The notes: a model not told the origin generated them from the sequence alone. DNA of 64,000 nucleotides from Burkholderiales bacterium (GCA_019751125.1 JAIENU010000037.1:17586-81585), one strand, 5' to 3'. Numbered from the stretch's first letter, positions 10,770 through 20,295 are shown. Made by a program: numbers and translations.

Positions 10770-12088
10770 GCGTGATCGCAGCACACCCCTACGTGGCCAC
10801 GCTGCTCGCAGGCAGCGCTGCCGTGCCGAAAAGCCCCGCAGCCTGGCTGGATGCCCTGCGTGCTGCGGCGCTGGAGCGTGCCAATGCACTGTCGGTGCCA
10901 ACGACCCGTGACGAGGAATGGCGTTTCACCGATCTGACGCCGCTCACCAAGCTGCAGCTCAAGCCGGTGACCACGGCGACGGCGCTGACGGCTGCAGATA
11001 TCGCCGGCCATGTGTTGCCCGAGGCTGCGGTGCGACTGGTGTTTGTGGATGGCATTCTGCTGCCGCAGCTGGGTGAGGCAGGCAAATTGCCGGCCGGCGT
11101 CACCGTGCTGTCCTTGTCCGAGGCGCTGAAAACCCATGCCGCGCTGGTCGAGCCGCATCTGGCGAAGCTCGCTGGCGATGACCTGTTCACTGCGTTGAAC
11201 ACCGCCTTCCTGAATCAGGGCGTGTTCGTCCATTTTGCAAAAGGCGCGGCGCTCAAGGCGCCGCTGCACCTGCTGTTTGTCGCCGCCGGACAGGATGTCG
11301 CGGCGCATCCGCGGGTGCTGATCGTTGCCGAGTCCGGTGCCGAAGGCTCGGTGATCGAGGATTACGTGGCCCACGGCGAGGTTGCGGGCCTGACCAATGC
11401 CGTGACCGAAATTGCCGTGGCGGCGAATGCCTTGCTGCGCCACATCAAGCTGCAGCGCGAAAGCGGCAAGGCCTTCCACATTGGCAGCAGTGCGGTTACG
11501 CTGGGCAAGGATGCCCGTTTTGTTTCGCAGGCGGTGACGCTGGGCGCGCGGTTGTCGCGCAACAATCTGACGATCCGCCAGCAGGGTGAGGGCATCGAGG
11601 TCGCCATCGACGGCCTCGCGCTGATCGCAGGCCGGCAACTGGCTGATACGCATACGCTGATCGACCACCTGAAACCCCACGGCCGCTGCGAGCAGGTGCA
11701 CAAGACCATCGTCGGTGGCGGTGCACATGCAGTGTTCAACGGCAAGGTCTTCGTGCGCGAGGGCGCGCAGCTCACCGATTCCTCGCAGCAGAGCCGCAAC
11801 CTGCTGCTGTCGGACAAGGCGCGGGTGGACACCAAGCCGCAGCTCGAGATTTTTGCCGATGACGTGAAATGCGCCCACGGCGCCGCGGTCGGCCAGCTCG
11901 ATCCCGAGCATCTGTTCTATCTGAAAAGCCGCGGCCTCTCGGAGCGCGCCGCACGCAATCTGCTGACCTATGCCTTTGGTGCAGAGATCATCGACCGCAT
12001 TCCGGTGCCGTCGCTGGTGGCGAAACTGGAGAAGCTGGTGATGCAACGTACTGGAGACAACAAGAATGGGCAGGGAGAGGGCGCATGA
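10766..12088 (+). CDS. sufD: Fe-S cluster assembly protein SufD
   Basis: 440 aa. SufB/D-family C-terminal region: [33 protein letters not shown]. The GTG start overlaps the sufC stop. Confidence 0.88.
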
Positions 12089-13329
12089 GTGGCCGCGATC
12101 CCCTGCTGAAACCGATCGACGTCGCCGCACTGCGCCGCGACTTCCCCATCCTCGACCTGAAGGTCAAGGATAAGCCATTGATTTTTATGGATAATGCGGC
12201 ATCGAGCCAGATGCCGCGCCAGGTCATCGAACGCTGGGTGAAATACCGTTCGGCGCAGCACGCCAACATCCACCGCGCGGTGCACTACCTGTCGGAGACG
12301 GCGACCGCCGAATACGAAGCGGCGCGGCGCAAGGTGCAGGCCTTCCTCAATGCCCGCGAAGAGCGCGAGTGCGTTTTCACCAGCGGCACCACCGACGGCA
12401 TTAACCTGGTGGCTCATGGTTATGGCCGCAAGTTCTTTGGTGCCGGCGACGAGATCATCCTGACCACGCTCGAGCACCACTCCAACATCGTGCCCTGGCA
12501 GATGGTGGCCGAAGAGAAGGGCGCGAAGATCCGCGTGGTGCCGGTCAACGACCGTGGCGAGCTGCTGGTCGATGAATACCGCAGGCTGTTCAACAAGAAC
12601 ACCAAATTCGTGGCGATGACCCACGTGTCGAATGCGCTGGGCACCATCAATCCGGTGAAGGAGATGGTGGCGATTGCGCATGAGCATGGTGTGCCGGTGC
12701 TGGTGGATGGCGCGCAGGCGGCGCCGCACCTGAAGGTTGATGTGCAGGATATCGGCTGCGATTTCTACGCCTTCTCCGGCCACAAGGTTTGCGGGCCCAC
12801 CGGCATCGGTGTGCTGTATGGCCGCGCCGAACTGCTCGAGAAAATGCAGCCCTTCAAGGGTGGCGGCGACATGATTTTATCGGTGACTTTCGAGAAAACG
12901 ACGTACGCACCGATTCCCGCCAAGTTCGAGGCGGGCACGCCGCCGATCGGTGAGGCGATTACGCTGGGCGCGGCGCTGGATTACCTGACCGGCATCGGCC
13001 TCGAACGCATCGCCGCGCACGAAACCGACCTGCTCGATTACGCCACCGACCGTTTCAACCGCCTGCCCGGCGTGCGCCTGATCGGCACCGCCGAGAAAAA
13101 GGCCGCGGTGCTGTCTTTCGCGGTGGAAGGCGTGCATCCCCACGACGTCGGCTCGCTGCTCAATGATGACGGCGTGGCGATCCGCACCGGACACCACTGC
13201 GCGCAGCCGGTGATGCAGCGCTTCAAGGTTCCGGCGACCTGCCGTGCGTCCTTTGCCTTCTACAACACCACCGACGAAGTCGATGCGCTGGTCGCGTCGA
13301 TCGGCCGTGTGCAGAAGTTGTTCGCATGA
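12085..13329 (+). CDS. sufS: Group II cysteine desulfurase SufS
   Basis: ATG 12085 overlaps the sufD stop. Motifs: IFMDNAASSQ, HHSNIVPWQ, PLP-lysine FSGHKVCGPTG, RTGHHCAQP. Confidence 0.92.
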   Translation: MSGRDPLLKPIDVAALRRDFPILDLKVKDKPLIFMDNAASSQMPRQVIERWVKYRSAQHANIHRAVHYLSETATAEYEAARRKVQAFLNAREERECVFTSGTTDGINLVAHGYGRKFFGAGDEIILTTLEHHSNIVPWQMVAEEKGAKIRVVPVNDRGELLVDEYRRLFNKNTKFVAMTHVSNALGTINPVKEMVAIAHEHGVPVLVDGAQAAPHLKVDVQDIGCDFYAFSGHKVCGPTGIGVLYGRAELLEKMQPFKGGGDMILSVTFEKTTYAPIPAKFEAGTPPIGEAITLGAALDYLTGIGLERIAAHETDLLDYATDRFNRLPGVRLIGTAEKKAAVLSFAVEGVHPHDVGSLLNDDGVAIRTGHHCAQPVMQRFKVPATCRASFAFYNTTDEVDALVASIGRVQKLFA

Positions 13330-13352
13330 ACAACAAAACCTTAAAACCTCTA

Positions 13353-13419
13353 GCCACAGAGGACACAGAGAAAACCCGCGAGGTTGCAGTTCTCTGTGTT
13401 CTCTGTGACCTCTGTGGCT
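13353..13419. repeat. Imperfect palindrome (stem-loop) between sufS and sufU
   Basis: Left arm is GCCACAGAGGACACAGAGAA. The right arm is TTCTCTGTGTTCTCTGTGACCTCTGTGGC. No T-run follows. Confidence 0.6.
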
Positions 13420-13438
13420 GCTTTTAGATTTTGATCCT

Positions 13439-13882
13439 ATGGACAGCCGCGCGCTTTATCAGGAGATGATCCTCGAGCACAACAAGAAGCCCCGCAACTG
13501 GGGGATGCTTGCCGATGCCACGCACAAGGCCGAGGGGCTCAATCCGCTGTGTGGCGACCACATCCACCTGTCGCTGAAGCTCAATGGCGACCAGGTCGAG
13601 GCCGTCGGCTTCGAGGGCGAAGCCTGCGCGATCTGCAAGGCTTCGGCGTCGATGATGACCGCCGCGGTCAAGGGCAAGAGCCGGGCCGATGCCGAACTGA
13701 TGGTCCAGGAATTCCGCGACATGACCACCGGCAAGCTCGACACCGCAGCGCCGCACCACCTCGGGCGCCTGACCGTGTTCGCCGGCGTGCGTGACCTGCC
13801 GACGCGGGTCAAATGCGCGATCCTGCCCTGGCACACGCTGCATTCCGCTTTTGCCGGCACCGACACTGCTTCCACTGAATAA
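13439..13882 (+). CDS. sufU: SufU-type sulfur-transfer / Fe-S assembly protein
   Basis: It resembles Bacillus SufU as I recall it: YQEMILEHNKKPRN, NPLCGD, GEACAICKASASMMT, RVKCAILPW. Lys precedes the third Cys, where IscU has His. No LPPVK motif is present. Confidence 0.8.
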   Translation: MDSRALYQEMILEHNKKPRNWGMLADATHKAEGLNPLCGDHIHLSLKLNGDQVEAVGFEGEACAICKASASMMTAAVKGKSRADAELMVQEFRDMTTGKLDTAAPHHLGRLTVFAGVRDLPTRVKCAILPWHTLHSAFAGTDTASTE

Positions 13883-13902
13883 GAAACCGCGCATTACCTG
13901 CC

Positions 13903-14466
13903 ATGCCGAAAATTGCTGAAATCGAACCGACCCCGAATCCCAATGCGATGAAGTTCATCCTGCGGGAGCCGCTGACCTGGGGCATCACCCGTTCGTATGA
14001 CAAGCCGGAGCAGGCGGTCGGCGATCCGCTGGCGATGGCGCTGTTCGACATCGAACATGTCACCAACGTGTTTTATGTCGATCACTGGATCACCGTGACC
14101 CAGGACGGCGGCGCGGACTGGGATGAACTCAAGCGCGAGCTCGCGGTGCCGATCCGCGAGGCGGCCTCGGCCGATGCGCAGTCGGCGCAGTTCGCCGAGC
14201 AGGCGGGCGAGATCGACCGCGAAAAACTCAGTGCCGAGGACCGCGACCGCCTCGACCGCATCAATGCCGCGCTGGACGAAAACGTGCGCCCGTACCTGCA
14301 GAACGACGGCGGTGACCTGTACGTGGTGGGTCTTGAGGGCAACAAGCTGTCGGTGCATTACCAGGGTGCCTGCGGCAGCTGCCCGAGCTCGCTGTCGGGC
14401 ACATTGGCAGGCATCGAGAATCTGGTGCGCCAGATCGAGCCCGATCTCGAAGTCGTCGCGGTTTAG
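13903..14466 (+). CDS. Nfu/NifU-family Fe-S carrier (Nfu N-terminal domain plus NifU C-terminal CxxC domain)
   Basis: N-terminus IEPTPNPNAMKF. C-terminal region VRPYLQNDGGDLYVVGLEGNKLSVHYQGACGSCPSS. Confidence 0.8.
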   Translation: MPKIAEIEPTPNPNAMKFILREPLTWGITRSYDKPEQAVGDPLAMALFDIEHVTNVFYVDHWITVTQDGGADWDELKRELAVPIREAASADAQSAQFAEQAGEIDREKLSAEDRDRLDRINAALDENVRPYLQNDGGDLYVVGLEGNKLSVHYQGACGSCPSSLSGTLAGIENLVRQIEPDLEVVAV

Positions 14467-14474
14467 GTTTTCCG

Positions 14475-14795
14475 ATGTCCGACTGGATCAAGGTCGCCGC
14501 ACCCGGCGACATCGCCCCCGGCAGCTGCAAGGTCGTCGATGCCGACGGCACACGCATCGCCGTCTACAACCTCGATGGTGAGTTCCATGCGATCGAGGAC
14601 GTCTGCACTCACGACGGCGGCGAGCTGGCCAGCGGCGTGGTCGAAGGCGGCGAGGTGATCTGCCCGCGCCACGGCGCGCGCTTCTGCATCCGCAGCGGCG
14701 ATGCGCTGTCTGCACCGGCCTACGAGCCCACGGCCAAGCTGCCGGTCAGGGTTGAGAACGGTATCGTGGAAGTTCGCGACGATCGTTGGGACTAG
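14475..14795 (+). CDS. Rieske [2Fe-2S] ferredoxin
   Basis: 106 aa with the Rieske ligand boxes CTHDGG and CPRHGARF. Confidence 0.85.
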   Translation: MSDWIKVAAPGDIAPGSCKVVDADGTRIAVYNLDGEFHAIEDVCTHDGGELASGVVEGGEVICPRHGARFCIRSGDALSAPAYEPTAKLPVRVENGIVEVRDDRWD

Positions 14796-14825
14796 CGCGC
14801 TTTTCTTGATGCCTGGTACCCGGTT

Positions 14826-14907
14826 CCGTTCGCCCTGAGCCCTTCAATAAACTCAGGACAGGCTTTGTCGAAGGGCGGCCGGGCTTCGACAGGCTCGGCC
14901 CGAACGG
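14826..14907. repeat. GC-rich REP/MITE-like element with terminal inverted repeats
   Basis: Left end is CCGTTCGCCCTGAGC and right end is GCTCGGCCCGAACGG. The interior contains GTCGAAGGGCGGCCGGGCTTCGACAGGCTC. This is the widespread repeat type that gives pseudo-peptides such as FDK..RANG when translated. Confidence 0.6.
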
Positions 14908-15020
14908 TGGTTTTTCCCGCGTTGCTTTTCCGGTAGCCGCCCCGCACAATGGTCCCATGGTCGGGCCCATAAAAATAAAAGCAGTCTGGTCCTGACCCCA
15001 CCCACCGGGAGGAGATCCAG

Positions 15021-16010
15021 ATGAAGCTCGGCATCATCCGTTCCGTCGCCGCGTGTTGCGGTGCAGTCCTTGGTTTTTCAGCCACGATTGCCGCCGCGCA
15101 ATCCTTTCCCAGCCGCCCCCTGTTGGTGGTCGCGCCGTTCTCGGCGGGCGGTGATTCCGACCTTGCCGCGCGCAACCTGACCGCGGTGCTGCCGAAATAC
15201 CTGAAGCAGAACGCGATCGTGATGAACAAGGTCGGCGCCAGCGGCGCGATCGGTTCCGAGTATGTGAAGAACGCCACGCCCGACGGCCACACCGTGCTGC
15301 TGGCCCGCGTCGGTTCCCAGGCGACGCTGCCGGCACTGAAGCCTGATCTTTCCTACAAATGGAATGACTTCAGCTTCCTCGGTATTCTCGAACTCAATCC
15401 CTACGTCTGTGCGGTGCACAGCGACAGCGCCTACCGCACCTTCGGCGACCTGGTCGAGGCGATCCGCAAGGCGCCGGGCAAGCTGCGTTACAGCACCGCG
15501 GGTGTCGGCACCATCCATGAAATGGGGCCGCAGCTGCTGTTCGACGTGCAGAAGCTGGGCAAGGATGCGGCGATCCAGATTCCGTACAAGGGCGGCGGCG
15601 AAGCGGCGACCGCGGTGCTCGGCAAACATGTCGAGTTCGGCTGCTCCAACATCGGCACCGCGCTGCCCTTCATCCGCAGCAAGCAGATGCGCGCGTTGCT
15701 GACCACCACGCCGGAACGTTACAAGGAAATTCCGGACGTGCCGACGGCGAAGGAGGCCGGTTATCCGGCGCTGGAGCGCATCATCGGCTGGAGCGCGCTC
15801 TACGGCCCGCCGAAAATGGATCGCAAGGTGGTGGCGATCTGGGGTGAGGCGCTGCAGAAGGTCGCTGCCGATCCGCAGTGGACCACCGCCACCGAAAAAA
15901 TCGGCTCGGTGCCGCACATCCGCTCGCCGGAAGAGACGGCGAAATTCGCGCGCGAGCAGTACGAGACCTACTTCCAGCTGGGCAAGTCGCTGGGGATCGT
16001 GCTGAAGTAA
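15021..16010 (+). CDS. Bug/TctC-family tripartite tricarboxylate transporter substrate-binding protein
   Basis: Signal peptide, then the family N-terminal motif FPSRPLLVVAPFSAGGDSDLAAR. Length is about 330 aa. Confidence 0.85.
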   Translation: MKLGIIRSVAACCGAVLGFSATIAAAQSFPSRPLLVVAPFSAGGDSDLAARNLTAVLPKYLKQNAIVMNKVGASGAIGSEYVKNATPDGHTVLLARVGSQATLPALKPDLSYKWNDFSFLGILELNPYVCAVHSDSAYRTFGDLVEAIRKAPGKLRYSTAGVGTIHEMGPQLLFDVQKLGKDAAIQIPYKGGGEAATAVLGKHVEFGCSNIGTALPFIRSKQMRALLTTTPERYKEIPDVPTAKEAGYPALERIIGWSALYGPPKMDRKVVAIWGEALQKVAADPQWTTATEKIGSVPHIRSPEETAKFAREQYETYFQLGKSLGIVLK

Positions 16011-16037
16011 GACGTCAGGCGTCGGGAGAGAGGCGTC

Positions 16038-16092
16038 AGGGGTAAGGTGTGAGGAGTAAGTTCAGGTAACATCCGTCTCACACCTGACCCCT
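16038..16092. repeat. GC-rich stem-loop downstream of the tctC-like gene
   Basis: AGGGGTAAGGTGTGAG pairs with CTCACACCTGACCCCT (16 bp, 1 mismatch). The surrounding sequence has reiterated GTCAGG/GTAAGG modules. There is no T-run. Confidence 0.5.
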
Positions 16093-16109
16093 TACTCCTG
16101 ACACAAGCA

Positions 16110-17159
16110 GTGGATACTCTGACTCACGCGCTTTCCGGCGCGTTGCTGGCCCGCGCCACCGCGGGCCTTGAAAAACCGGCGCTACCCATCGGGCGGCGCG
16201 TCGCCATCGGCGCCGCTGTTGCGGCTTTCCCCGACCTCGATGTGGTGGCATCGTGGATTTCGCCGCTGTCCTATCTCTACAACCACCGCGGGGTCACGCA
16301 CTCGCTGCTGATGCTGCCGCTGTGGACAGTGCTGCTGGCGCTTCTGCTCGCTTTTGTGTTCCGCGGCGGTCCGGGCTGGAAAACCTATGCGCCGGTGGTG
16401 GCGCTTTCGCTCGCGGTGCATATCGCCGGCGACTGGATCACCACCTTCGGCACGATGATCTTCGCGCCGCTGTCGGATTACCGCTTCGAACTCGGCACCA
16501 CCTTCATCATTGACCTCTGGTTCAGCGGCATCATTCTTTCCGGGCTGCTGGGTTCGCTGCTGTGGCGGCGTTCGCGGCTGCCGGCGGTGACCGGGCTGGT
16601 GCTGCTGGTGGCTTATGTCGGGCTGCAGTACGCCAACATGCGCGAGGCTGTTGATTTCGGTGAACGTGCGGTACGTGAATTCGGCCTCGGGCCGGCGAAA
16701 AAGGTCAGCGCGCTGCCGCGCCCGGTGTCGCCATTTAACTGGATGGTGATCATTGAATACGGGGATGAATACCGCTACGCCCACATCAATCTGCGTCGCC
16801 AGGCCGTGCTCGAAGCCGGACCGGATGCGGGCTTCATCAGAAAGCTTGATGTGGCGTACCGGCCGCTGGCCCAGGCACAGTGGGAAACCGCGTTGCGTTA
16901 CGGCCGTGGCGGCGAGGCAGCCGCAGTGCGTGCGGCCTTCGACAATCCGCAGTTCGAATTCTTCCGCTGGTTCTCGGCCTATCCCGCGCTGCACTCAGTG
17001 GCGGCGGGCGAACGCGAGTTGTGCATCTGGTTCCATGACCTGCGTTTCATCACACCGGGCCGCGGCACGCTGCCCTTTGTTTACGGCCTGTGTGGTGATG
17101 ACGGCGGTGCGATGAAACCCTTCCAGCTCGAGGACGGGCAGCGCAAGCCGGTGTACTAG
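16110..17159 (+). CDS. Membrane-bound metal-dependent hydrolase (YdjM/YbcI, DUF457-like)
   Basis: The family's N-terminal motif DTLTHALSGALLA is present. Multiple TM segments include HSLLMLPLW and an HIAGDW motif. A soluble C-terminal region follows. Confidence 0.7.
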   Translation: MDTLTHALSGALLARATAGLEKPALPIGRRVAIGAAVAAFPDLDVVASWISPLSYLYNHRGVTHSLLMLPLWTVLLALLLAFVFRGGPGWKTYAPVVALSLAVHIAGDWITTFGTMIFAPLSDYRFELGTTFIIDLWFSGIILSGLLGSLLWRRSRLPAVTGLVLLVAYVGLQYANMREAVDFGERAVREFGLGPAKKVSALPRPVSPFNWMVIIEYGDEYRYAHINLRRQAVLEAGPDAGFIRKLDVAYRPLAQAQWETALRYGRGGEAAAVRAAFDNPQFEFFRWFSAYPALHSVAAGERELCIWFHDLRFITPGRGTLPFVYGLCGDDGGAMKPFQLEDGQRKPVY

Positions 17160-17242
17160 CTGAGCGATGCGGCGGCGTCCGCTTGCGGTGCGCTTGTCCT
17201 GCCACTTGCATCATGCCGGTGCAGTTCCACGCTGGTGGATGG

Positions 17243-17276
17243 TATATAAGTCATTGTTTTAATTGATATTTTTATC
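17243..17276 (+). repeat. AT-rich dispersed repeat, copy c
   Basis: TATATAAGTCATTGTTTTAATTGATATTTTTATC, intergenic. Confidence 0.75.
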
Positions 17277-17365
17277 TGGCATCGTCCTTGCTGAACTGTC
17301 AGCGCCTGGCGGCACCTTCATTGGAGGGGGTGAAGGTCTGAACCACTCTTGCGGGAGAGCAGACC

Positions 17366-17599
17366 ATGATCAACGCCGGATTTGTCGATTTCGCCTTCAC
17401 TGGTGTGGCGCTGGTGCCATCGCTGCTGATGATGGCCGGACATTTCGCCGAAGCCCTGCTGCTGCTGGTGCCGATGCTGATCGCGGCCTGCCTGCTCAGT
17501 CTCTACTGCCAGCAGATCGGTGCCGATGAAGCCGATCCGGCCGCAGAGGACGAAGCTGAAGATGCCGCGGCTTCAGCCGTGACGGCGCGGCACCTCTAG
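17366..17599 (+). CDS. Hypothetical small membrane protein with acidic C-terminal tail
   Basis: 77-aa ORF with two hydrophobic segments. No recognisable family. Coding status is uncertain. Confidence 0.3.
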   Translation: MINAGFVDFAFTGVALVPSLLMMAGHFAEALLLLVPMLIAACLLSLYCQQIGADEADPAAEDEAEDAAASAVTARHL

Positions 17600-17627
17600 G
17601 ACAGTTTCCGCAACATTGCAGCGCGCG

Positions 17628-18593
17628 TTACTCCACCCGCGCGTTGGCGTCCTTCGCCACCTTCGCCCATTTGCCGATCTCGCGTTGCAGGTAGGTGCTG
17701 AATTCGGCAGGCGTGCTGGGCTGGGCTTCAAGGCCCTGGCCGAGCAGGCGTTCGCGGACTTCCGGTCTGGCGAGCGAGGCGTGGAGTTCACTGTTCAGGC
17801 GCTTGATGATGTGAGGCGGCGTTTTTGCCGGCGCGACCATGCCGTACCAGTTGTTGGCTTCGTAGCCGCGGTACGGAGTCGCCTCCGCGATGGTCGGCAC
17901 ATCCGGCAGCGCCGCGGCGCGACGGCCCGAAGTCACCGCCAGCCCGCGCAGCTTGCCCGATTTGACATGCGGCACCGCGGTCGAAACCGTGGCGAACATG
18001 GTGTTGACCTGGCCGCCGAGCAGATCGCTCATCGCCGGTCCGCCGCCCTTGTACGGCACATGCAGCATGTTGATGCCGGCCAGAGTTTTCAGCAGTTCGC
18101 CGGCGAGGTGGCCGGGGCTGCCGGTGCCGGAGGTGGCAAAGGTGAGCGCGCCGGGTTTGGCCTTGGCCAGTGCGATCAGTTCGTTCATGGTGTTCACACC
18201 CAGCGAGGGGTGGGCGACCACGATATTGGAAACACCCACCAGGATGCTGATCGGCGCGAAGTCGCGCATCGAATCAAAGGGCAGGTTTTTGTACAGCGCC
18301 GGATTGATGGCGAGGATGCTGATCGTGCCCAGCAGCAGGGTGTGGCCGTCGGGTGTTGCACGCGCCACTGTTTCAGCGGCGATGTTGCCGTGTGCACCGC
18401 CGCGGTTGTCGACCACGACCTGCTGTTTCAGGCGTTCGCCCAGCGGCGCGGCCAGCGTGCGTGCGGTGACGTCGACCGCGCCGCCCGGCGGAAAACCCAC
18501 CAGCAGGCGCACCGGTTTGGTCGGGTAGGGATCGACCGTGGCGGCCTGGGCTAGGCTGGCAGTGATCATCATCAGCAGGACGGTACATCGCAT
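17628..18593 (-). CDS. Bug/TctC-family substrate-binding protein
   Basis: It starts at MRCTVLLMMITASLAQA (signal peptide). The family motif is YPTKPVRLLVGFPPGGAVDVTAR. The track ORF carries a 27-aa upstream extension. Confidence 0.85.
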   Translation of the reverse strand: MRCTVLLMMITASLAQAATVDPYPTKPVRLLVGFPPGGAVDVTARTLAAPLGERLKQQVVVDNRGGAHGNIAAETVARATPDGHTLLLGTISILAINPALYKNLPFDSMRDFAPISILVGVSNIVVAHPSLGVNTMNELIALAKAKPGALTFATSGTGSPGHLAGELLKTLAGINMLHVPYKGGGPAMSDLLGGQVNTMFATVSTAVPHVKSGKLRGLAVTSGRRAAALPDVPTIAEATPYRGYEANNWYGMVAPAKTPPHIIKRLNSELHASLARPEVRERLLGQGLEAQPSTPAEFSTYLQREIGKWAKVAKDANARVE

Positions 18594-18612
18594 TTCAGGC
18601 TCCGGTAATTGT

Positions 18613-19455
18613 TCAGTTGGGTTCGGCCGACAGCCACCATAGCAGCGCATCGAGTCCGGCGTGGTTGATGGCATGGGTGGTCTGCTCGCGTACCACCGGC
18701 TTGGCGCGGTAGGCGACGCTGACGCCGCACTCCGCCATGAATTTCAGGTCATTGGCGCCGTCGCCGACGCCGGCGATCTGTGCCTTGCCGATGCCGAGTT
18801 CGCCGGCCACCCGCAACAGCGCCGCGCGTTTGGCGTCGGCATTGACGATTTCTCCGGTGACGCGTCCGGTGAGTTTGCCGTTGACGATCTCCAGCACATT
18901 GGAGTGGGTGTAATCGAGTTGCACGCGGTCCTTCAGGCGGTCGGTCATGAAGGTGAAGCCGCCGGAGACGAGCAGGGTTTTGATGCCGGCGGCGCGGGCT
19001 TTGGTCAGCATCAGCTCCGCGCCGGGTGAAAACTGCAGCCGCTCGTCATAAACCCGCTGCAGTGCCGATACATCGAGGCCTTCCAGCAGCGCCAGGCGCT
19101 CGCGCAGGCTCTGGTCATAGTCGATCTCGCCGCGCATCGCGCGTTCGGTGATTGCAGCCACCTGCGGCTTGATGCCGACCATGTCCGCCAGCTCGTCGAT
19201 GGTTTCCATGGTGATCAGCGTTGAATCCATGTCCATCACCAGCAGGCGGAAGTCGGTCAGCTTGCGGCCTTCCGGCACAAAGCCGTGGTCAAGCCGCGCC
19301 TCCGCGCAGCGCGCGGCGAGTTCCGGCGCAGGGCTGGCGTTGAGCAGGCGGAAGGCCTGGTCCGACAGGCGTTCAATGGCGCTGGCGCCGCTGAGTTTGG
19401 CAAGGTCCTTGAGATCGCGGGTTTCGATCTCGCTGCCCTGGATGACGAGGTGCAT
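18613..19455 (-). CDS. serB: Phosphoserine phosphatase SerB (HAD superfamily)
   Basis: HAD motif I LLVMDMDSTLI, motif SGGF, and GDGANDL near the C-terminus. It has the ACT-like N-terminal extension typical of SerB. Confidence 0.8.
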   Translation of the reverse strand: MHLVIQGSEIETRDLKDLAKLSGASAIERLSDQAFRLLNASPAPELAARCAEARLDHGFVPEGRKLTDFRLLVMDMDSTLITMETIDELADMVGIKPQVAAITERAMRGEIDYDQSLRERLALLEGLDVSALQRVYDERLQFSPGAELMLTKARAAGIKTLLVSGGFTFMTDRLKDRVQLDYTHSNVLEIVNGKLTGRVTGEIVNADAKRAALLRVAGELGIGKAQIAGVGDGANDLKFMAECGVSVAYRAKPVVREQTTHAINHAGLDALLWWLSAEPN

Positions 19456-19509
19456 GGTGTGGCCGCTTTTTGAAGAGCGGCGATTATAACGGCGGCGCCT
19501 GCGCCGCGA

Positions 19510-20295
19510 TCAGGGTTGGGTGATCCAGCGCGCGATCTGCGCGACGACATCCTGCTCGATGCCGTTGAAGCCGTGCCAGGCGCGTGCCTCGCAGGGGTCG
19601 CCGACATTGATGCCGCCGTCGAACACCAGCAGTTCCTTGCGCGGCAGGTGGCCGAGTTTGTTCATCAGCAGCGGTACGTCGGCAAACAGGCAGACGCGGC
19701 ACTCGTCGCTGCGGTGATGGGCGACCAGCACCGGAATGCGCAGCCGGTCCAGGGGCATCTCAGGCACCGCGCGGCTGCGCGGGTCACGCAGGATCGAGGC
19801 GGTGAGCACAATGCCGTCGGGGCCGCCTTCGGCAAGCGGTCGTTGTGTGGCAACCCAGGCCGCCGATTGTGTGCCGCGGCTGGTGCCGACCAGCCACACC
19901 GGCACTTTCGCCTCGCTGCGCAGCCAGGCGATCACTGCCTTCAGGTCGGCGACATGGTCGGGGCGCTGGCGTTCACCGGAAAGATGGGGATAACGCTGCT
20001 TGTCGGAGGGCGCATCGACCACCACGGTGTACAGGCCCTGGTCGGCGAAGAGCTGCCGCGAGCGCACCAGGAAATTGCCGCCACGCTGCAGCCCGCCGCC
20101 AGCATCGATGCCGAGAAAGCCGTCGCCGCCGGCGAGCAGGATCACGGCGGCGCGCGGCTTTTCCGGCGCGAGCGCGATGAAGCGCTGGGTCACGCCGTCA
20201 CGGGTCGGCAGATCGACCACGCGCGGCGTTTGAGCGGCTGCCGGTGCGACGGCGAGCAGGGTGCCCAGAATCAGGATCAGCGCAGGCGTTTGCAT
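19510..20295 (-). CDS. Secreted alpha/beta hydrolase
   Basis: Signal peptide MQTPALILILGTLLAVAPAAAQ. Nucleophile elbow GTSRG. Confidence 0.65.
   Translation of the reverse strand: MQTPALILILGTLLAVAPAAAQTPRVVDLPTRDGVTQRFIALAPEKPRAAVILLAGGDGFLGIDAGGGLQRGGNFLVRSRQLFADQGLYTVVVDAPSDKQRYPHLSGERQRPDHVADLKAVIAWLRSEAKVPVWLVGTSRGTQSAAWVATQRPLAEGGPDGIVLTASILRDPRSRAVPEMPLDRLRIPVLVAHHRSDECRVCLFADVPLLMNKLGHLPRKELLVFDGGINVGDPCEARAWHGFNGIEQDVVAQIARWITQP

Noticed and set aside
14961-14995. Possible decayed inverted copy of the AT-rich repeat (CCCATAAAAATAAAAGCAGTC).
   Set aside because: It matches only the ATAAAAATA and AAA(A/G)CA parts and requires a 6-nt deletion. It is too short to call by eye, so I mention it only as context in the REP finding.
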